Assembly: GCF_963921235.1 (NCBI RefSeq)
Contig: NC_086097.1
Location: forward strand, 153,700,001-153,764,000
Source: Mobula hypostoma
Lineage: Eukaryota
DNA: 64,000 bases
Reading direction: 5' to 3'
Positions 36,316 to 49,395 of the stretch are shown here, in pieces; within the stretch, counting starts at the first letter, position 1, and the number at the start of each line of letters is the position of its first letter. The translations under genes were made by a program, and so were the position numbers. The notes under the pieces are model-generated. The model saw nothing but the letters and a program-made list of their open reading frames with translations. It was not told the DNA's origin and did no database searches.

Positions 36316-38023
36316 TGTAGTGCAAAATGGGCAATAACAAAGTAGCAATTCACTTCATATCCCCTGAGTTTATGGTTTCCCAAATGAAATCTATGAATAG
36401 ACTCTGTAAATGATCCTTCTGATTCTGTTAAAGTAACATAATAAAATTTATTCATCACAAGAAATCATTATCGGGGTTTTTTTCCATATTTGCAGCAATA
36501 TTTTTGTCAATGCAAATTACTAACCTATCATAAACTTAATACAGGAAATTTAATTAATTAGCTTCAGGAAATTAAGTAAATAAGTACTTTTTATATATTT
36601 TGTGTCAAAAAATGGCAATAAATTCCCTTGAAATTTCACTGCTAAAATCAGTCTTGTACTTTTAGTTCAGCTGTATCTCCGATTCAGATTCCTCTCTAAT
36701 GTTTTCATTATTTTTGAAGAGATAAGCATCCAAACAATTGTAGGTTTGGAAAATGCCATCTCTTAAAAGCAGAACCTGCTCCCAACACTTGCAGTGTTTT
36801 TTTTTCATTTCACCTTTTCAGTGTTGGAGTACTTCTTCATTTTTGATCAGAACAGTTTTCTGAGACTAACTTAGTTGCAAATAAGATGTAAAGAACTAGA
36901 GAATGTGCACTCAAAAATCAAAGCAAAGTAATAATGAGGCAAACAGCAAGAATATTTTAATCTTGAAGTCATGTCACATAAGTCTTCATAAGAAATATTT
37001 AATGTGCTTGAATGCAGTTGTTCTGTGGAAAACAACAGAGGCATCATTTTGAGAGGTCCAATTTTTCTAGTAAGTAGTTCCAGGGTAGAAGTACGTTGAC
37101 ATGTGTTCAATCTTTGCCTGCAATGTTTTATAGACCTCACTGAATATGCAATGTGAAGTTAGATCTAGAAAATAAAAGGAGCAGAATGCTATTACCTGTT
37201 TTTTCATTTTGAAATCTCGTTTTAAAATCTGTTTTATTCATATAATAATGAAATCCTGCATATAGGTTTTATTACTGTGGTATTAACATATTTTATACAG
37301 GCTGAGCAGTTCTCTCTGGCTGCTTCTAGGTCCTTTTGAGTTCCACATATCATGTTCATCTGCTCATCCTTCCAGTAAGATGGTGCGCGTATGTACACAG
37401 CATCCTCTTGGGGCCAAAGAAAGGTACTTTTTCCTTTGTTAAATGGGTTTTTATACATAGTAAGACTATTCTTGACTGCAATAACTATGTGTACAGCAAG
37501 TCTACCATATTGGTGTGCTGTTCATTGTTTGGAGAGGCCGGCCAGGGTGTTGTAAGAGCCAGCCAGCTGTTCTGATTTCGAGAGAGTCAGTCGGGCTGTC
37601 AGGCCACGGAGGTCAAGTGCGGCCGTCTGGCCTGGGGATTCGTATCTGGCCACCAGGCTGCAAGAGAAGCCGGATTGGGTTTGGAAGAGCTGACCTGGGT
37701 GGAGACCGTGCAGCTGTGTACTACTGGGAGACACCAAAGTTGCTGCCCTTGAGTTGGCGTGAAGAAAGCATGCAGTGAAACTGAGTGACAGTCTTGGACC
37801 TTTCTTTTGCGATTGATTGCCACAGGCCTGCTTCCCTTGTTTGGTGGTGAGACAGGCGGCAAGGCAGCAGTGTGCCTCGGTTGTGGCGAGGGCTAAGCTT
37901 CAGTCCTCAAGCTTGCTTGTAGCCTGGCATCTGGGCATGGTTGAGGGTGGCCTCGCCTGTTGGTGCTGCCTTCCACTATTGGATCAGTGGAATTACAAGC
38001 TGGACTGCTGGGAACCATCAATT

Positions 38024-38440
38024 ATAACCATATAACAATTACAGTACAGAAACAGGCCATCTCAGCCCCTCTAGTCCGTGCCGAACTCTTACTCTCACCT
38101 AGTCCCGCTGACTTGCACTCAGCCCATAACCCTCCATTCCTTTCCTGTCCATATAGCTGTCCAATTTAATTTTAAACAACAACATCGAACCTGCCTCAAC
38201 CACTTCTGCTGGAAGCTCGTTCCACACAGCTACCACTCTCTGAGTAAAGAAGTTCCCCCTCATGTTACCCCTAAAGTTTTGCCCTTTAACTCTCAACTCA
38301 TCCTCTTGTTTGAATCTCCCCCACTCTGAATGGAAAAAGCCTATCCACGTCAACTCTATCTATCCCCCTCATTTTAAATACCTCTATCAAGTCCTCCCTC
38401 AACCTTTTACATTTTAAAGAATAAAGACCCAACTTGTTGC
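38024..38440 (-). mobile_element. CR1 3' end, same subfamily as 1518-1957
   Basis: ORF 38099-38353 is nearly identical in translation to ORF 1570-1866. Confidence 0.92.
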
Positions 38441-39694
38441 AGGACTTGGACTAAAACTGTGCTTTGTTACGTGACTATTTTCCTTTTTTTTCTCCCCCTT
38501 TCTCGTTATTTAGAATGCACATGCATATTTTGGCATCATGGCCCCAGAGGAACTCTGTCACGTTGGGCTGTATCCATGTATGGTTTGAATGATGGTTAAA
38601 CTTGATTTGATTTTGAATTGATTTGATTCATGTACTTTATAGATCTAGCTCTGATTAGAATCTTAGAGTCGTGTAGTGCAGAAATGGGTCCTCTCTCCCA
38701 GCAAGTCCAAGCCAACAGTTGTCCCCATTAATACCAATCACATTCAGCTGACTTAGATCCATAACCTTCTATGCTTTGGTGATTCTGGTGCTTGCCTATA
38801 TGATTTTTAAATGTTGTAAGAGTGAATTAAATAACCAAGAAGGCAGAGACACAAGAGACTGCCAATACTGGTATCTGGAGCAGCACACAAAACACTGGAT
38901 GTACTCAATGGAACAGGCTGCATTTATAGAAGAAAATGAACAGTCAACATTTCAATTCAAGACCCTACCAACTAGGGTTCAATTCAAGATCCGAGTAACT
39001 AAGGAGGCATTTGTGTATATGACAAATATTGCTGTAAATTCATTAAGCTGTTTCATTGACTCCCACATAAAGGCAACTTTTGCAATGGTGTTTGAACCTA
39101 TGATCTTAAATGTGTGACTCTTTAAATAAGCTGTTAATGTAAGGGTTTAAAAAAAAAGTTAAATCGGTGCCTTTCAGAGCAGAGTAAAGCTGCTTGGAAC
39201 TAGGCACACGAGAGAATTAAGACATGTTGAAACAGAGGACATTACAAAATCTAATGAGATATTCAAAAATGGCCAGATAAATAAATGCTCTCGGGTCATC
39301 AACTGTTGCCAAACACATCAGAAAAAAGTGCAGAGTTTTTAAAATAAGTTCAACTCTCTGCATGGGATCAACAAACACATACTTGAGGTTAATAAGCAAA
39401 ACCAAAAACAATGCAGAAATGTTCCTCTCACGGATTATTTAGAACTGCCATTCAATAGAAACAGGTGGTAACGATTGCTTCTATATAACATTAGGATTTG
39501 GAATTTACAGGCATAGTTATTTGGTCTGTCAATTCTGGTTGATATTTTCTTGGAAATTTGTTCCTATGAGCCTTAGTTCCCCCTTAGCCCCACCATTTCT
39601 GAGCTAATTCTAAAGATATTTCTAATAGTAATGCAACTAATTCAGCTGATATTGCCATCAGAAATATCTTCAGAATTAACAAGGAAACGTGTTC

Positions 39695-40210
39695 ATAGAA
39701 CATAAAAGATTGATCAATACAGCACAGTACAGACCCTTCTGCACATGATACTGTGCCAAGCTTTTATTCCACTTCAAGGTTAATCGAACACTTCCCTCCT
39801 GCAGTCCTCCATTTTACTTTCGTCCACATGCCTACCTAACTGCTTCTTGTATGTCTCTAACATATCCGCATTCCTGGCAACACGTTCCATGCACCAAAAC
39901 TTCCTGTGCAAAAAAAAAACAACCTCTGACATCCCACTTGTACTTTTCTTCAATCACCTTAAAATCATGCCTCTTACATTACCCATTTCTGCCCTGGGAA
40001 ATGTCTCTGGCTGTCCACTTTATCTATGCCCCTTATCATCTTGTACTTTTCTATCAAGTCACCTTTCATCCTCTTCCTCTCCAAAGAGAAAAGCCTTAAC
40101 TCACTCAAACTATCCTCATAAGGCGTGTTTTCCAATTCATGCAGAACTCTGGCAAATCTCTTCTACGCCCCCTTTAAAGCTGCTTCATCCTTCCTATAAT
40201 GAGGTGCCAA
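39695..40210 (-). mobile_element. Decayed CR1 3' fragment
   Basis: CATAGAAC tail and the same minus-strand layout as 6045-6650. Confidence 0.75.
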
Positions 40211-40414
40211 AGGTTACAGGGAGAAATACAAAGTTCAAAGAAAATTTATTATCAAAGTGCATTTATCTCACCATAAATGAGATTGATTAGAGATTCAAAA
40301 TGGGATTAATTTCCTGCAGGCATTCACAGTAAATGCAAAGAAATACATAGAATCAGTGAAGAATTACACACAAAAAAACAATGTGTAAAAGACCTCAAAA
40401 TGTGCAAATACATG

Positions 40415-40760
40415 AAAACCCTCTTTCCCCGGCATCTCTAGCGATGGGGCTCGTTAGCCCCTCACCAACGGCCACTGGACTCAGTGGTGAGAGAACTACC
40501 TTTCTCAGACCATACGGCTGGGGTCGGTATGACCTGGATCCCACCAAAACGGGGATGCAGGGATGTCTTGCCCACTGGAACCCTGATCTGTGTGAATTCT
40601 ATGTAAATACTGCCCCCATGCAATTAGCCGTCACCAAGAAATAACAGATCATACACGGCATACAATTATTAAGAAAGTATTTTTACAAATGTCACTTTTA
40701 TCAAACAGCTAGTAGGAAAATGAAAAGAAAAAAAATAAAAAGGGCCCTCTACAATTACAA
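40415..40760 (-). mobile_element. Possible LTR fragment
   Basis: GC-richer segment followed by an AT-rich, poly(A)-signal-like block, similar in layout to 31004-31200. No TSD found. Confidence 0.35.
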
Positions 40761-41059
40761 TGATTTTTTTCTTATTCTTGTTTTGCTCATGACTGGGTAG
40801 ATTAATAATGAATTTCTGACAACTACATTGCACTCCTGCTGCATTAGAAAACAAATAGCCATGGACGAAAATTATCTAACATTCCAAAAGTGACTATATG
40901 GTCCCATGCTCTTCAGGCTTGGATAAAATTGGGCGTGGTGGGACTGGGTTGAAGGGACATGACTGGTTGGGTCCTATCATAGGATTGATACAAAACTGTA
41001 GAGCAGATTCCCTGAAGAGATGGCAGAATATCATTTTATTCAAACACATTGGACTGTTT

Positions 41060-42200
41060 TGACAAGGTTCCACATGGGAGGCTGGTCAAGAAGGTTTAGT
41101 CACTCAGCATTCAGAACGAGATGGTAAATTGGATTAGGCATTGACCCTGTGGGAGAAACCGGAGAGTGATAGTAGATGGTTGCCTCTCTGACTGGGGGGC
41201 TGTGACTAGTGGTGTGCCGCAGGGATCGGTGCTGGGTCCTTTGTAGTTTGTCATCTATATCAGTGATCTGGATGATAATTTGGTGAACTGGATTAGCAAA
41301 CTTGCGGATGACATCAAGACTGGGGGTGCAGTGGACAGTGAAGAGGGTTATCATGGCTTCCAGAAGGATCTCCATCACCTGGAAAAAAGGGGTGAAAATG
41401 GCAGATGGAATTTAATACAGAAAAGTGAAGGTTTTGCACATCGGTAGGACCAACTAGGATAAGTCTTGCACAGTGAGCGGTAGGGCACTGAGGAGTGTGG
41501 TGGAACAAAGGGAATGCAGGTACATGATTAGTTGAAAATGGCGCTACAAGTAGATAAGGTCGTAAACAATGCTTTTGGCACATTGACCTTCATAAATCAA
41601 TATACTGAGTACAGGAGCTGGGATGATATGTTGAAGTTGTAGAAGACATTGGCGAGGCCTAATTTGGAGTATTGCATGCAACTTTGGTCACCTACCTATA
41701 AGAAAGATGTAAACAAGGCTGAAAGGTGCAGAGAAAATTTACAAGGATGTTGCTGTGTTTGGAGGACCTGAGCTATGAGGAAGGATTGAATAGGTTAGGA
41801 CTGTATTCTTTAGAACATTGAAGATTGAGAAAGATTTGGTGGAGGTATACAAAATTATGAGGGGTATAGATAGAGTAAATGCAAACAGGCTTTTTCTCCT
41901 GGTTGGGTGAGACTACAACCAGAGGCCACACTTAAGGGTGAAAGGTGCAAAGTTTAAGGGAACATGAGGGGAAATGTTTTCAATCAGAAGGTTGTGAGAG
42001 TGTGAAATGAGCTGCCAGCACAAATGTGCATGTGAGTTTGATTTTAATGTGTGAGAGAAGTTTGGATAGGTAAATGTATCGTCAGAATATGGAGGGCTAT
42101 GGTCCAGGTGCAGGTCAATGGGAGTAGGCAGTTTAAATGGTTTCAGCGTGGACTAGATGAGCTGCAGGGCCTGCTTCTGTGCTGTACAGCTCTATGATTT
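41060..42200 (+). mobile_element. CR1 LINE fragment
   Basis: [25 protein letters not shown] and RPNLEYCMQ.WSP motifs plus 3' UTR; frameshifted. Confidence 0.9.
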
Positions 42201-42239
42201 GCATTTTACCAAGTATAATGTTTTGGACTATACTATGTG

Positions 42240-42512
42240 AGCCATGGTAGATTGGCAGTTTGCTCCAGGTTATTACAGCTTGGGCATTGGAACTTGGAGT
42301 TCAGTTCTGGTGCTGTCTGTAAGGAGCTTGTACCTTCTCCCTGTGAGTGTGTGGGTTTCCTCTGGGTGCATGGTTTCCTTCCACATTTAAAATATGTACT
42401 GTTTCATAAGTTCATTGATCATTCAAAATTGTCCTGTGAATAGGCTAATGTTAAATAGATGGGTTACTGGGTGGCGCGGTTCATTTGATGGCAAGGGCCT
42501 GTTCTGCACTGT
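42240..42512 (+). mobile_element. V-SINE
   Basis: GTGGGTTTCCTCTGGGTGCATGGTTTCCTTCCACA core; similar to 36020-36315. Confidence 0.75.
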
Positions 42513-42619
42513 TTGGACAGGAAGAAAACAAACTAACTTTAGCATTTCATTCTTTCATCATATCTTGTTTTTATCGCAAACTTATTGATAGTGACTGATT
42601 ACCAATGTAAGTCTCAAGA

Positions 42620-43395
42620 TGTACTGTGGAGGGCATTCTAAGTAGTTGCATCACTGTCTGGTATGGAGGGGCCACTGAACAGGATCAGGAAAAAGCTGCA
42701 GAAAGATGTAAACTCTCCCACCTCCATAACTGGCACCAGCCTCCCCAGCATCCATGACACCGTCAAAACACAATGCCTCAAAAAGGGGTCATCCTTCATT
42801 GATCCCCATCACCCTCTTCTGATTACTTCCATTCAAGGAGGAAGTAAGTACAGGAGCCTAAAGACACACACTCAATATTTCAGGAATAGCTTCTTCTCCA
42901 CTATCAATCAGATTTTTGTGTGAACCCATGAACACTTCCTTGGTAATTTTTTCCCTGCTTTTTGCACTACTTATTCAATTCAATTTATTATATTTTTTTG
43001 TGTTGGTGCGTTGCCAAGTAGTTAAGCATTCGTCTAGTGATCTGAAGGTCACTAGTTCAAGCCTCGGCTGAGGCAGCGTGTTGTGTCCTTGAGCAAGACC
43101 GTTAACCACACATTGCTCTGCGACGACACCAGTGCCAATCTGTATGGGTCCTAATGACCTTCCCTTGGACAACATCGGTGGCGTGGAGAGGGGAGACTTG
43201 TAACATGAGCAACTGCTGGTCTTCCATACAACTTTGCACAGGCCTGCGCCCTGGAAACCTTCCAAGGTGCAAATCCATAGTCTCATGAGACTAATGGATG
43301 CCTATTTATTTATTTATATATTTCTTATTATAATTCATAGTTTTTATTATTTATTGTAATGTGCTACTGCTGCAAAACAACAAATTTCATGACAG
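42620..43395 (+). mobile_element. Rex1/Babar 3' fragment hosting a SINE
   Basis: VEGIL.SCITVWYG, KKLQK, YRSLKTHT..FRNSFFSTI motifs. Confidence 0.8.
43003..43312 (+). mobile_element. tRNA-derived CORE-type SINE
   Basis: tRNA-like head (TGCCAAGTAGTTAAG...AGTTCAAGCC), CORE-like GTGTCCTTGAGCAAGACCGTTAACC and a (TATT)n tail. Confidence 0.75.
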
Positions 43396-43559
43396 ATAAC
43401 CATCACGTTTCTTCCTTTGGGAGTGAAGTGAGAAATGTTTTAATGTTGGTGAATGTGTGGATTTTGGGGCAATTGGAGGTGTACCAAAAAAAAAGATTAA
43501 TGCAAGTACTTTGAAAGTTTTCACCCCTTCAACCTATCGTATTTTATCATCGCCATATG

Positions 43560-45154
43560 CATTCAGTGACTACTTTATTAAGTACAGGGGTGGAACCCAT
43601 TGTGGTCTTTTGCTGCTCTAGCCCATCCACTTCAAGGTTCAATGTGTTGTGCATTCAGAGATGCTCGTCTGCACACTACTGTTGTAGCCCATGTTATTTG
43701 AGTTACAGTCACCTTCCTGTCTGGCCATTCTCCTCTGATCTCTCTTGTGAACAAAGTGTTTTAACCTACAGCACTTCCATTTGATAGATATTTTTATTTG
43801 GACCATACTCTGTAAACTCTAAAGACTGTTGTGTGTGAAATTACGACACAAAGGTTGGTGGTGTTGTGGATAGTAAAGAGGATTGTCAAAGATTGCAGAG
43901 AGACATTGATAGGATGCAGAAGTGGGCTGAGAAATGGCAGATGGAGTTCAACCCAGAGAGTGTGAGGTGGTACACTTTGGAAGACAAACTCCAAGGCAGA
44001 GTACAAAGTAAATGGCAGGATTCTTGGTAGTGTGGAGGAGCAGAGGGATCATGGGGTACATGTCCACAGATCCCTGAAAGTTGCCTCACAGGTGGATAGG
44101 GTAGTTAAGAAAGCTTATGGGGTGTTAGCTTTCATAAGTCGAGGGATAGAGTTTAAGAGTCGCGATGTAATGATGCAGCTCTATAAAACTCTGGTTAGGC
44201 CACACTTGGAGTTCTGTGTCCAGTTCTGGTCACCTCACTATAGGAAGGATGTGGAAGCATTGGAAAGGGTACAAAGGAGATTTACCAGGTTACTGCCTGG
44301 TTTAGAAAGTATGCATTATAATCAGAGATTAAGGGAGCTAGGGCTTTACTCTTTGGAGAGAAGGAGGATGAGAGGAGACATGATAGAGGTGTACAAGATA
44401 ATAAGAGGAATAGATAGAGTGGATAGCCAGCGCCTCTTCCCCAGGGCACCACTGCTCAATACAAGAAAGCATGGCTAGAAGGTAAGGGGTGGGAAGTTCA
44501 AGGGGGATATTAGAGGAAGGTTTTTTACTCAGAGTGGTTGGTGCGTGGAATGCACTGCCTGAGTCAGTGGTGGAGGCAGATACACTAGTGAAGTTTAAGA
44601 GACTACTAGACAGGTATATGGAGGAATCTAAGGTGGGGACTTATATGGGAGGCAGGGTTTGAGGGTCGGCACAACATTGTGAGCCGAAGGGCCTGTGCTG
44701 TGCTGTACTATTCTATGTTCTGTGTAAATTCCCAGGAGATTAGCAGTTTCTGAGATACTCAAACCACTCTGACTGGCACCAATAATCACTCTACAGTCAA
44801 AGTCACTAAGATTATATTTAGACCTTAAGACCATTAGATATAGCAGCAGAATTGGGTCATTCAGCCCATCGAGTCTGTTCTGCCATTCCATCATGGCTGA
44901 TCCCGGATCTCACTCAACCCCATACACCTGCCTTCTCACCATATCATTGATGCCCTGACTGATCAGGGGACGATTAACATCCACCTTAAATAAAATTTCT
45001 TCTCCATTCTGGTGTTTGGTCTGAACAACAATGGAATCTCTTGACCATGTCAGCATGGTCTTATGTATTGAGAAGCTGCCACATGATTGCCAGATTAAAA
45101 ATTTACATTAATTGGCAGGTGTGCAGGTTGACCTAATAAAATGGCCACAGAATG
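43560..45154 (-). mobile_element. Tc1/mariner non-autonomous derivative with nested CR1 copies
   Basis: TIRs CATTCAGTGACTACTTTATTAAGT / ACCTAATAAAATGGCCACAGAATG followed by TA. Tc1 HTH remnant LSDFDCRVIIGASQSGLSISETANLLG (44730-44815, -). Confidence 0.85.
43843..44720 (+). mobile_element. CR1 3' fragment inserted in Tc1
   Basis: ORF 44032-44478 (LYKTLVRPHLEFCVQFWSPHYRKD) and TTCTATGTTC tail; TGTG(TG/T)AAATT is duplicated at both junctions. Confidence 0.93.
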
Positions 45155-45444
45155 TATTTTAATGACTTAATGAACTTGAAGATCGTATGAAAAATAAAAG
45201 ATGCAAATGAGTTGGGATGGTAGGAGGAAAAAAGGCTAATTGTTTGCTTTTGTCCATGATGTCTATGAAGGTGATCATTTCTGATCTACTGCCTATTTCA
45301 AGATCCATTCCTATATTTTGATTAACAGAAGCTCATTCTCAAAGTTAAATTAAACATTTTTCCCCATTGTGAAGATGATAAAAAGTTCAGATTATGGGTA
45401 TCGACTCAAAATGTCAACTGTCTATTTCCTTCTAAAAAGCCTGT

Positions 45445-45940
45445 CTAATCAGATTCAGATTTGTTATCACTGTCATATCACATGAGATTGGTTGTTTTGC
45501 AGCAGCAGTAAAGTGCAAAGACATAAAAATCTATAAACAACAAAAATAAATATTGCAAATGAAAAGGAATAGTGTCCTAGTGTTCATGGGCCATTCATAA
45601 ATCTGCTGGTCAAGGAGAAGGTGTTCCTGAATCTTTGAGACTGTGAGCATTGTACTTCTTCCCTAATCGTAGAAAAGCGGATATGTCCAGGATGGTGAAG
45701 GTCCCTAATGATCGATGTCACCTGCTTGAGGCACAGCCTCATGAAGATGTCCTTGACGATGGGAAGGATTGTGTCTATGATGGAACAGGCTTTGTCTCTG
45801 ATCCTGTGCAGCCTCTTCCGATCCTGTGTTTTGGAGCTTCGGAATCAGGTATAATATCACTGGCATTTATCCTGAAATACGTTGTTTTGCGGCAGCAGTA
45901 CATTGTAATACATAAAAAAAACTATAAACTACTTTAAGAT
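45445..45940 (-). mobile_element. Rex1/Babar 3' fragments
   Basis: Two CAGATT/GGAATCAGG-type tails and 3' UTR similarity to 33435-34330. Confidence 0.65.
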
Positions 45941-46044
45941 ATATAATATGTGTGTGTATATACATATATATATATAATATTTAAATTATGTAATTATTTT
46001 CTAAATCATTCCTAAAACATTGAGGTATTGCCTTTTGAAGATAA

Positions 46045-46820
46045 TAACATAAGAAATAGGAGCAGGAGTAGGCCATCTGGCCCATTGAGCCTGCCCCACC
46101 ATTCAATAAGATCATGGCTGATCTGTCTGTAAACTCAGCTCCATCTACCTGCCTTTTCTCCATAACCCTTAATTCCCTTACTATGTAAAAACCTATATAA
46201 CTATTTCTTAAATGCAGTATATTTAGTGAAGAAGCCTCAACTGCTTCCCTGGCAGAGAATTACACAGATTCACCACTCTCTGGGGAAAAAGTTTTTCCTC
46301 ATCTGTCCCAAATCTTCTCCCCTGAATCTTGAGGCAATGTCCCCTAGTTGTAGTCTCAGCTACCAATGGAAACAACTTTCCTACTTCTATCTTATCTATT
46401 CCTTTCAAAATTTTGTATGTTTCTATAAGATCCCCTCTCATTCTTCTGAACTCCCGAGAGTACAGTCCCAGGCGACTCAATCTCTCCTCATAGGTCAACC
46501 CCTTCATCCCTGGAATCAACCTGGTGAGCCTCCTCTGCACTGCCTCAAAAGCCAATAGATCCTTCTTTAGGTATGGAGACCAGAACTGCACAGAGTACTC
46601 CAGGTGCGGCCTCACCAGTACCCTGTATAGTTGCAGCATGACCTCCTTGCTCTTGAATTCAATTTCTCTAGCAATGAAGGCCAACGTTCCATTTGCCGCC
46701 TTAATAACCTGTTGTACCTGCAAGCCAACGTTTTGTGATTCAAGCACAAGATTCCCAAGTCCCTCTGCACAACAGCATACTGCAATCTTTCACCATTTAA
46801 ATAATAATCTGCTCTTCTAT
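46045..46820 (-). mobile_element. CR1 3' fragment
   Basis: ORF 46223-46747: KEVMLQLYRVLVRPHLEYSVQFWSP...RGDLIETYKIL. Confidence 0.93.
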
Positions 46821-46829
46821 TATATCTTT

Positions 46830-47730
46830 GATTCTGGGGAGGCTTGTGCCCATGATGGAGCTGGCTGAGTTTGTGACTTCCTGCAGCCTTTTCTGATCCT
46901 CTATAACAAATGATGGTGGAACCAGTTAGTATGCACTCTGTAGAAATTTGTAAGAGTCTTTGGTGACATATCAAATCTTCTCAAAATTTCTAATGAAATA
47001 TAGCTACTATCATGCCTTCTTTGTAATTACATCAATATGCTGGCCCAGGACAGGTCTAAAAAGATTAAGACACCCAGGAACTTAAAAATGATCACTATTT
47101 CCACTGCTGATCCCTCGATGAGGATTGGTGTATGTACCTTCAACTTCCCCTTCCTGAAGTCCACAATCAATTCCTTGGTTATACTGATGTCATTCCAACT
47201 AGCTAATATATCTCACTACTGTATGCCACCTCATCAGCAGGCTATGATGGAACCATAGGTCGTGATGGAACCAGTCAGAATACTCTCCACAATACATCGA
47301 TAGAAATATGCAAGAGTCTTTGGTGACATACCAAATTGCGTGCCTTTTTCATGATTGTATCGATATGTTGCACCCAGGATTAAATGTCTGAGTTGTTGAC
47401 GCCCAGCAGCTTAAAGCAACTTATCTTCTCCATAACTGATCTCTAAATAAAGAATATTGTGTGTTCTTGTGCCTTCCCCTTCCAAATTTCATACAAGGCT
47501 ATGACTTAACCAGTCAGAATGCTCTCCACTGCACATCAGATCTCAAACACCTGGTGTACATTTATTCCTGATTGCTTCAATATGTTGGACCCAGGATGGA
47601 TTCTCTGAGATGCTGATGCCCAGGAACTTAAAGGTTATTCACCTTTCCACTGCTGACCTTCAATGTGTGTTCTCCCAACTTCCCCTTACTGAAGTCCACA
47701 ATCATTAACGTGGTCTTGCTGATGTTGAGT
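46830..47730 (-). mobile_element. Three tandem overlapping Rex1/Babar fragments
   Basis: The ESILTG...FKFLG...VDFRKG region recurs starting at ~46915, ~47265 and ~47505. Confidence 0.7.
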
Positions 47731-47839
47731 GATCTAAGTTTCACCAGATTCCAGGATCTTCAGTCTCTTGTGTTTCTAAAGTAAATTGTAATTTCCATTA
47801 GGCACACGGACATACATTAGAGAGCAGAGTTGTGCAATG

Positions 47840-48130
47840 AATAGAGTCACTTGCTAGTGGCTAGTTCAGCTCTGACCTCAGTTGTTGTCTGTGCAGAGTT
47901 TGCACAATTTCTCTGTGATTGTGTAAATTCCATCTCAGTGCTCTTCACCTCCGAGAGGCTTGTGGAATAGCACATTAAATGGGTTCTGTAAGTTGACCCC
48001 AGTGTGAATCTGAATGATAGAATCTGGGGGAATGGGATGGTGTAGGGAAATCGATGGGATTGTGGGGGGATTAAAATGGGACCAATGTAGGATGGGTGCT
48101 TCATCATCAGCATGGGCTTAGTGATCTCCT
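47840..48130 (+). mobile_element. Decayed V-SINE-like element
   Basis: GTTCAGCTCTGACCTCAG...GTCTGTGCAGAGTTTGCAC...CTCTGTGATTGTG. Confidence 0.55.
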
Positions 48131-48604
48131 TCTCCCCATTCTTAATAGCCTGGCTTTACATATCCTGTGCAGTATCAACATTGTCCCCATGATCATCATA
48201 TTTGTAAGATTGCTTGAGGGCTACATCAGGTTTTCCACTCCTTCTTCATATTCTGTGCTCTCCTCTTCAAGAAGGGAAATGAGACACCTTTGAGAAATGA
48301 TGAGAATGTGAAGAAGTCCACACAGAGATTGATGAGTGCACCTCAGAGATAAATTGCTATTGAAGACTGAAATGCTGGAATAGGCTTGTAAACACAGACT
48401 GAAGGAATGGTAATGATGTACACAGCCAAATCCAGATGAATATCTCATTAGTCTTTTCCTCTCCTGGCGGTCAATGAACTGCTTTAATAGTTGTGTTCAA
48501 AGCCATGCACCTCATACCTCCTGCTGACCTTCGAAAACATCTTCTGCAATGTTTTCTCTGAACATCTACTTATTTCCAAGGAATATTTCTGCTTGTCTTG
48601 TAAC

Positions 48605-49395
48605 AGTGGCGGAGTTAAGATGGCGCCAAATGACTGCCGCTTCAAGCTCATCTGCGGGAACAGTTTAAATTCCTCTCTTTACTGTCTCTTTTTTTACCTT
48701 TTAAAGGTGGTTGGGGTTGTGTCGAGGTCCAGACCTGCAACCACACTCAAACTGCGTTTTTTTTTTATGGAGGATGAATGGAGCTCACTGGCCAACCATT
48801 TTCCAGCGTTCTCCAGATGCAGTTTCGAAGATGGCACCTTCAGGGTGTCACTCTGTGCAACCCTGTGGATGACCGATTTCAGGCTGGTGTTGCTGACTGA
48901 GGCAGCGCGAGAGAAGAAACATCAGGATTTTGCTGTGGTGGATGTACGAATGGAGATCTCTGTCGAGCAATCGCACTCTCTCTCTCCATGGTGAAGAGAT
49001 TTTGCTGCCGTTTCTCAAGTCGGAGAATCTTGGAATAAAAGGCGAGGTGGCAGACTGTATCATTTTAACAGCGACTGTTTGTCTCCCCTTTCACTGTGAA
49101 ATGGGTGACATCTCTCTGTCTGTTGTTAGTGAGAGTGGGAGCTTGTGGCATGTCAAACTATCAGGTAAACAATAGCTCTATCTTTCTTTCGGTGCTTTGC
49201 TATTGCTTAGTGGGTGGTGGGAGGGGGGAGGTTGATGCATTGATGCTTTGCTGCTACTTGTGCAGGAGGGGGAGAGGAGGTAACATTTTTCTGTTCATTC
49301 TTTTGGGGTTCTTTCATTTTTCATGGATGTCTGCGAAGACTAGCCATTTCAGGTTGTGCACTAAATATGTTCTCTGATAATAAATGGAACTATTT
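48605..49395 (+). mobile_element. Non-coding element with an AAGATGGCG 5' end and a Rex/Babar-like 3' tail
   Basis: AAGATGGCG at 48617-48625; the 3' end GGATGTCTGCGAAGACT...TTTCAGGTTG...GATAATAAATGGAAC resembles the Rex/Babar 3' UTRs in this window. Confidence 0.55.

Noticed and set aside
43003..43075. Possible tRNA gene
   Set aside because: It runs into a CORE-like body and simple-repeat tail, so it is a SINE head.
48140..48600. Possible decayed Penelope RT on the minus strand (also 26100-26650)
   Set aside because: Similarity is too faint to support by eye and needs an HMM search.
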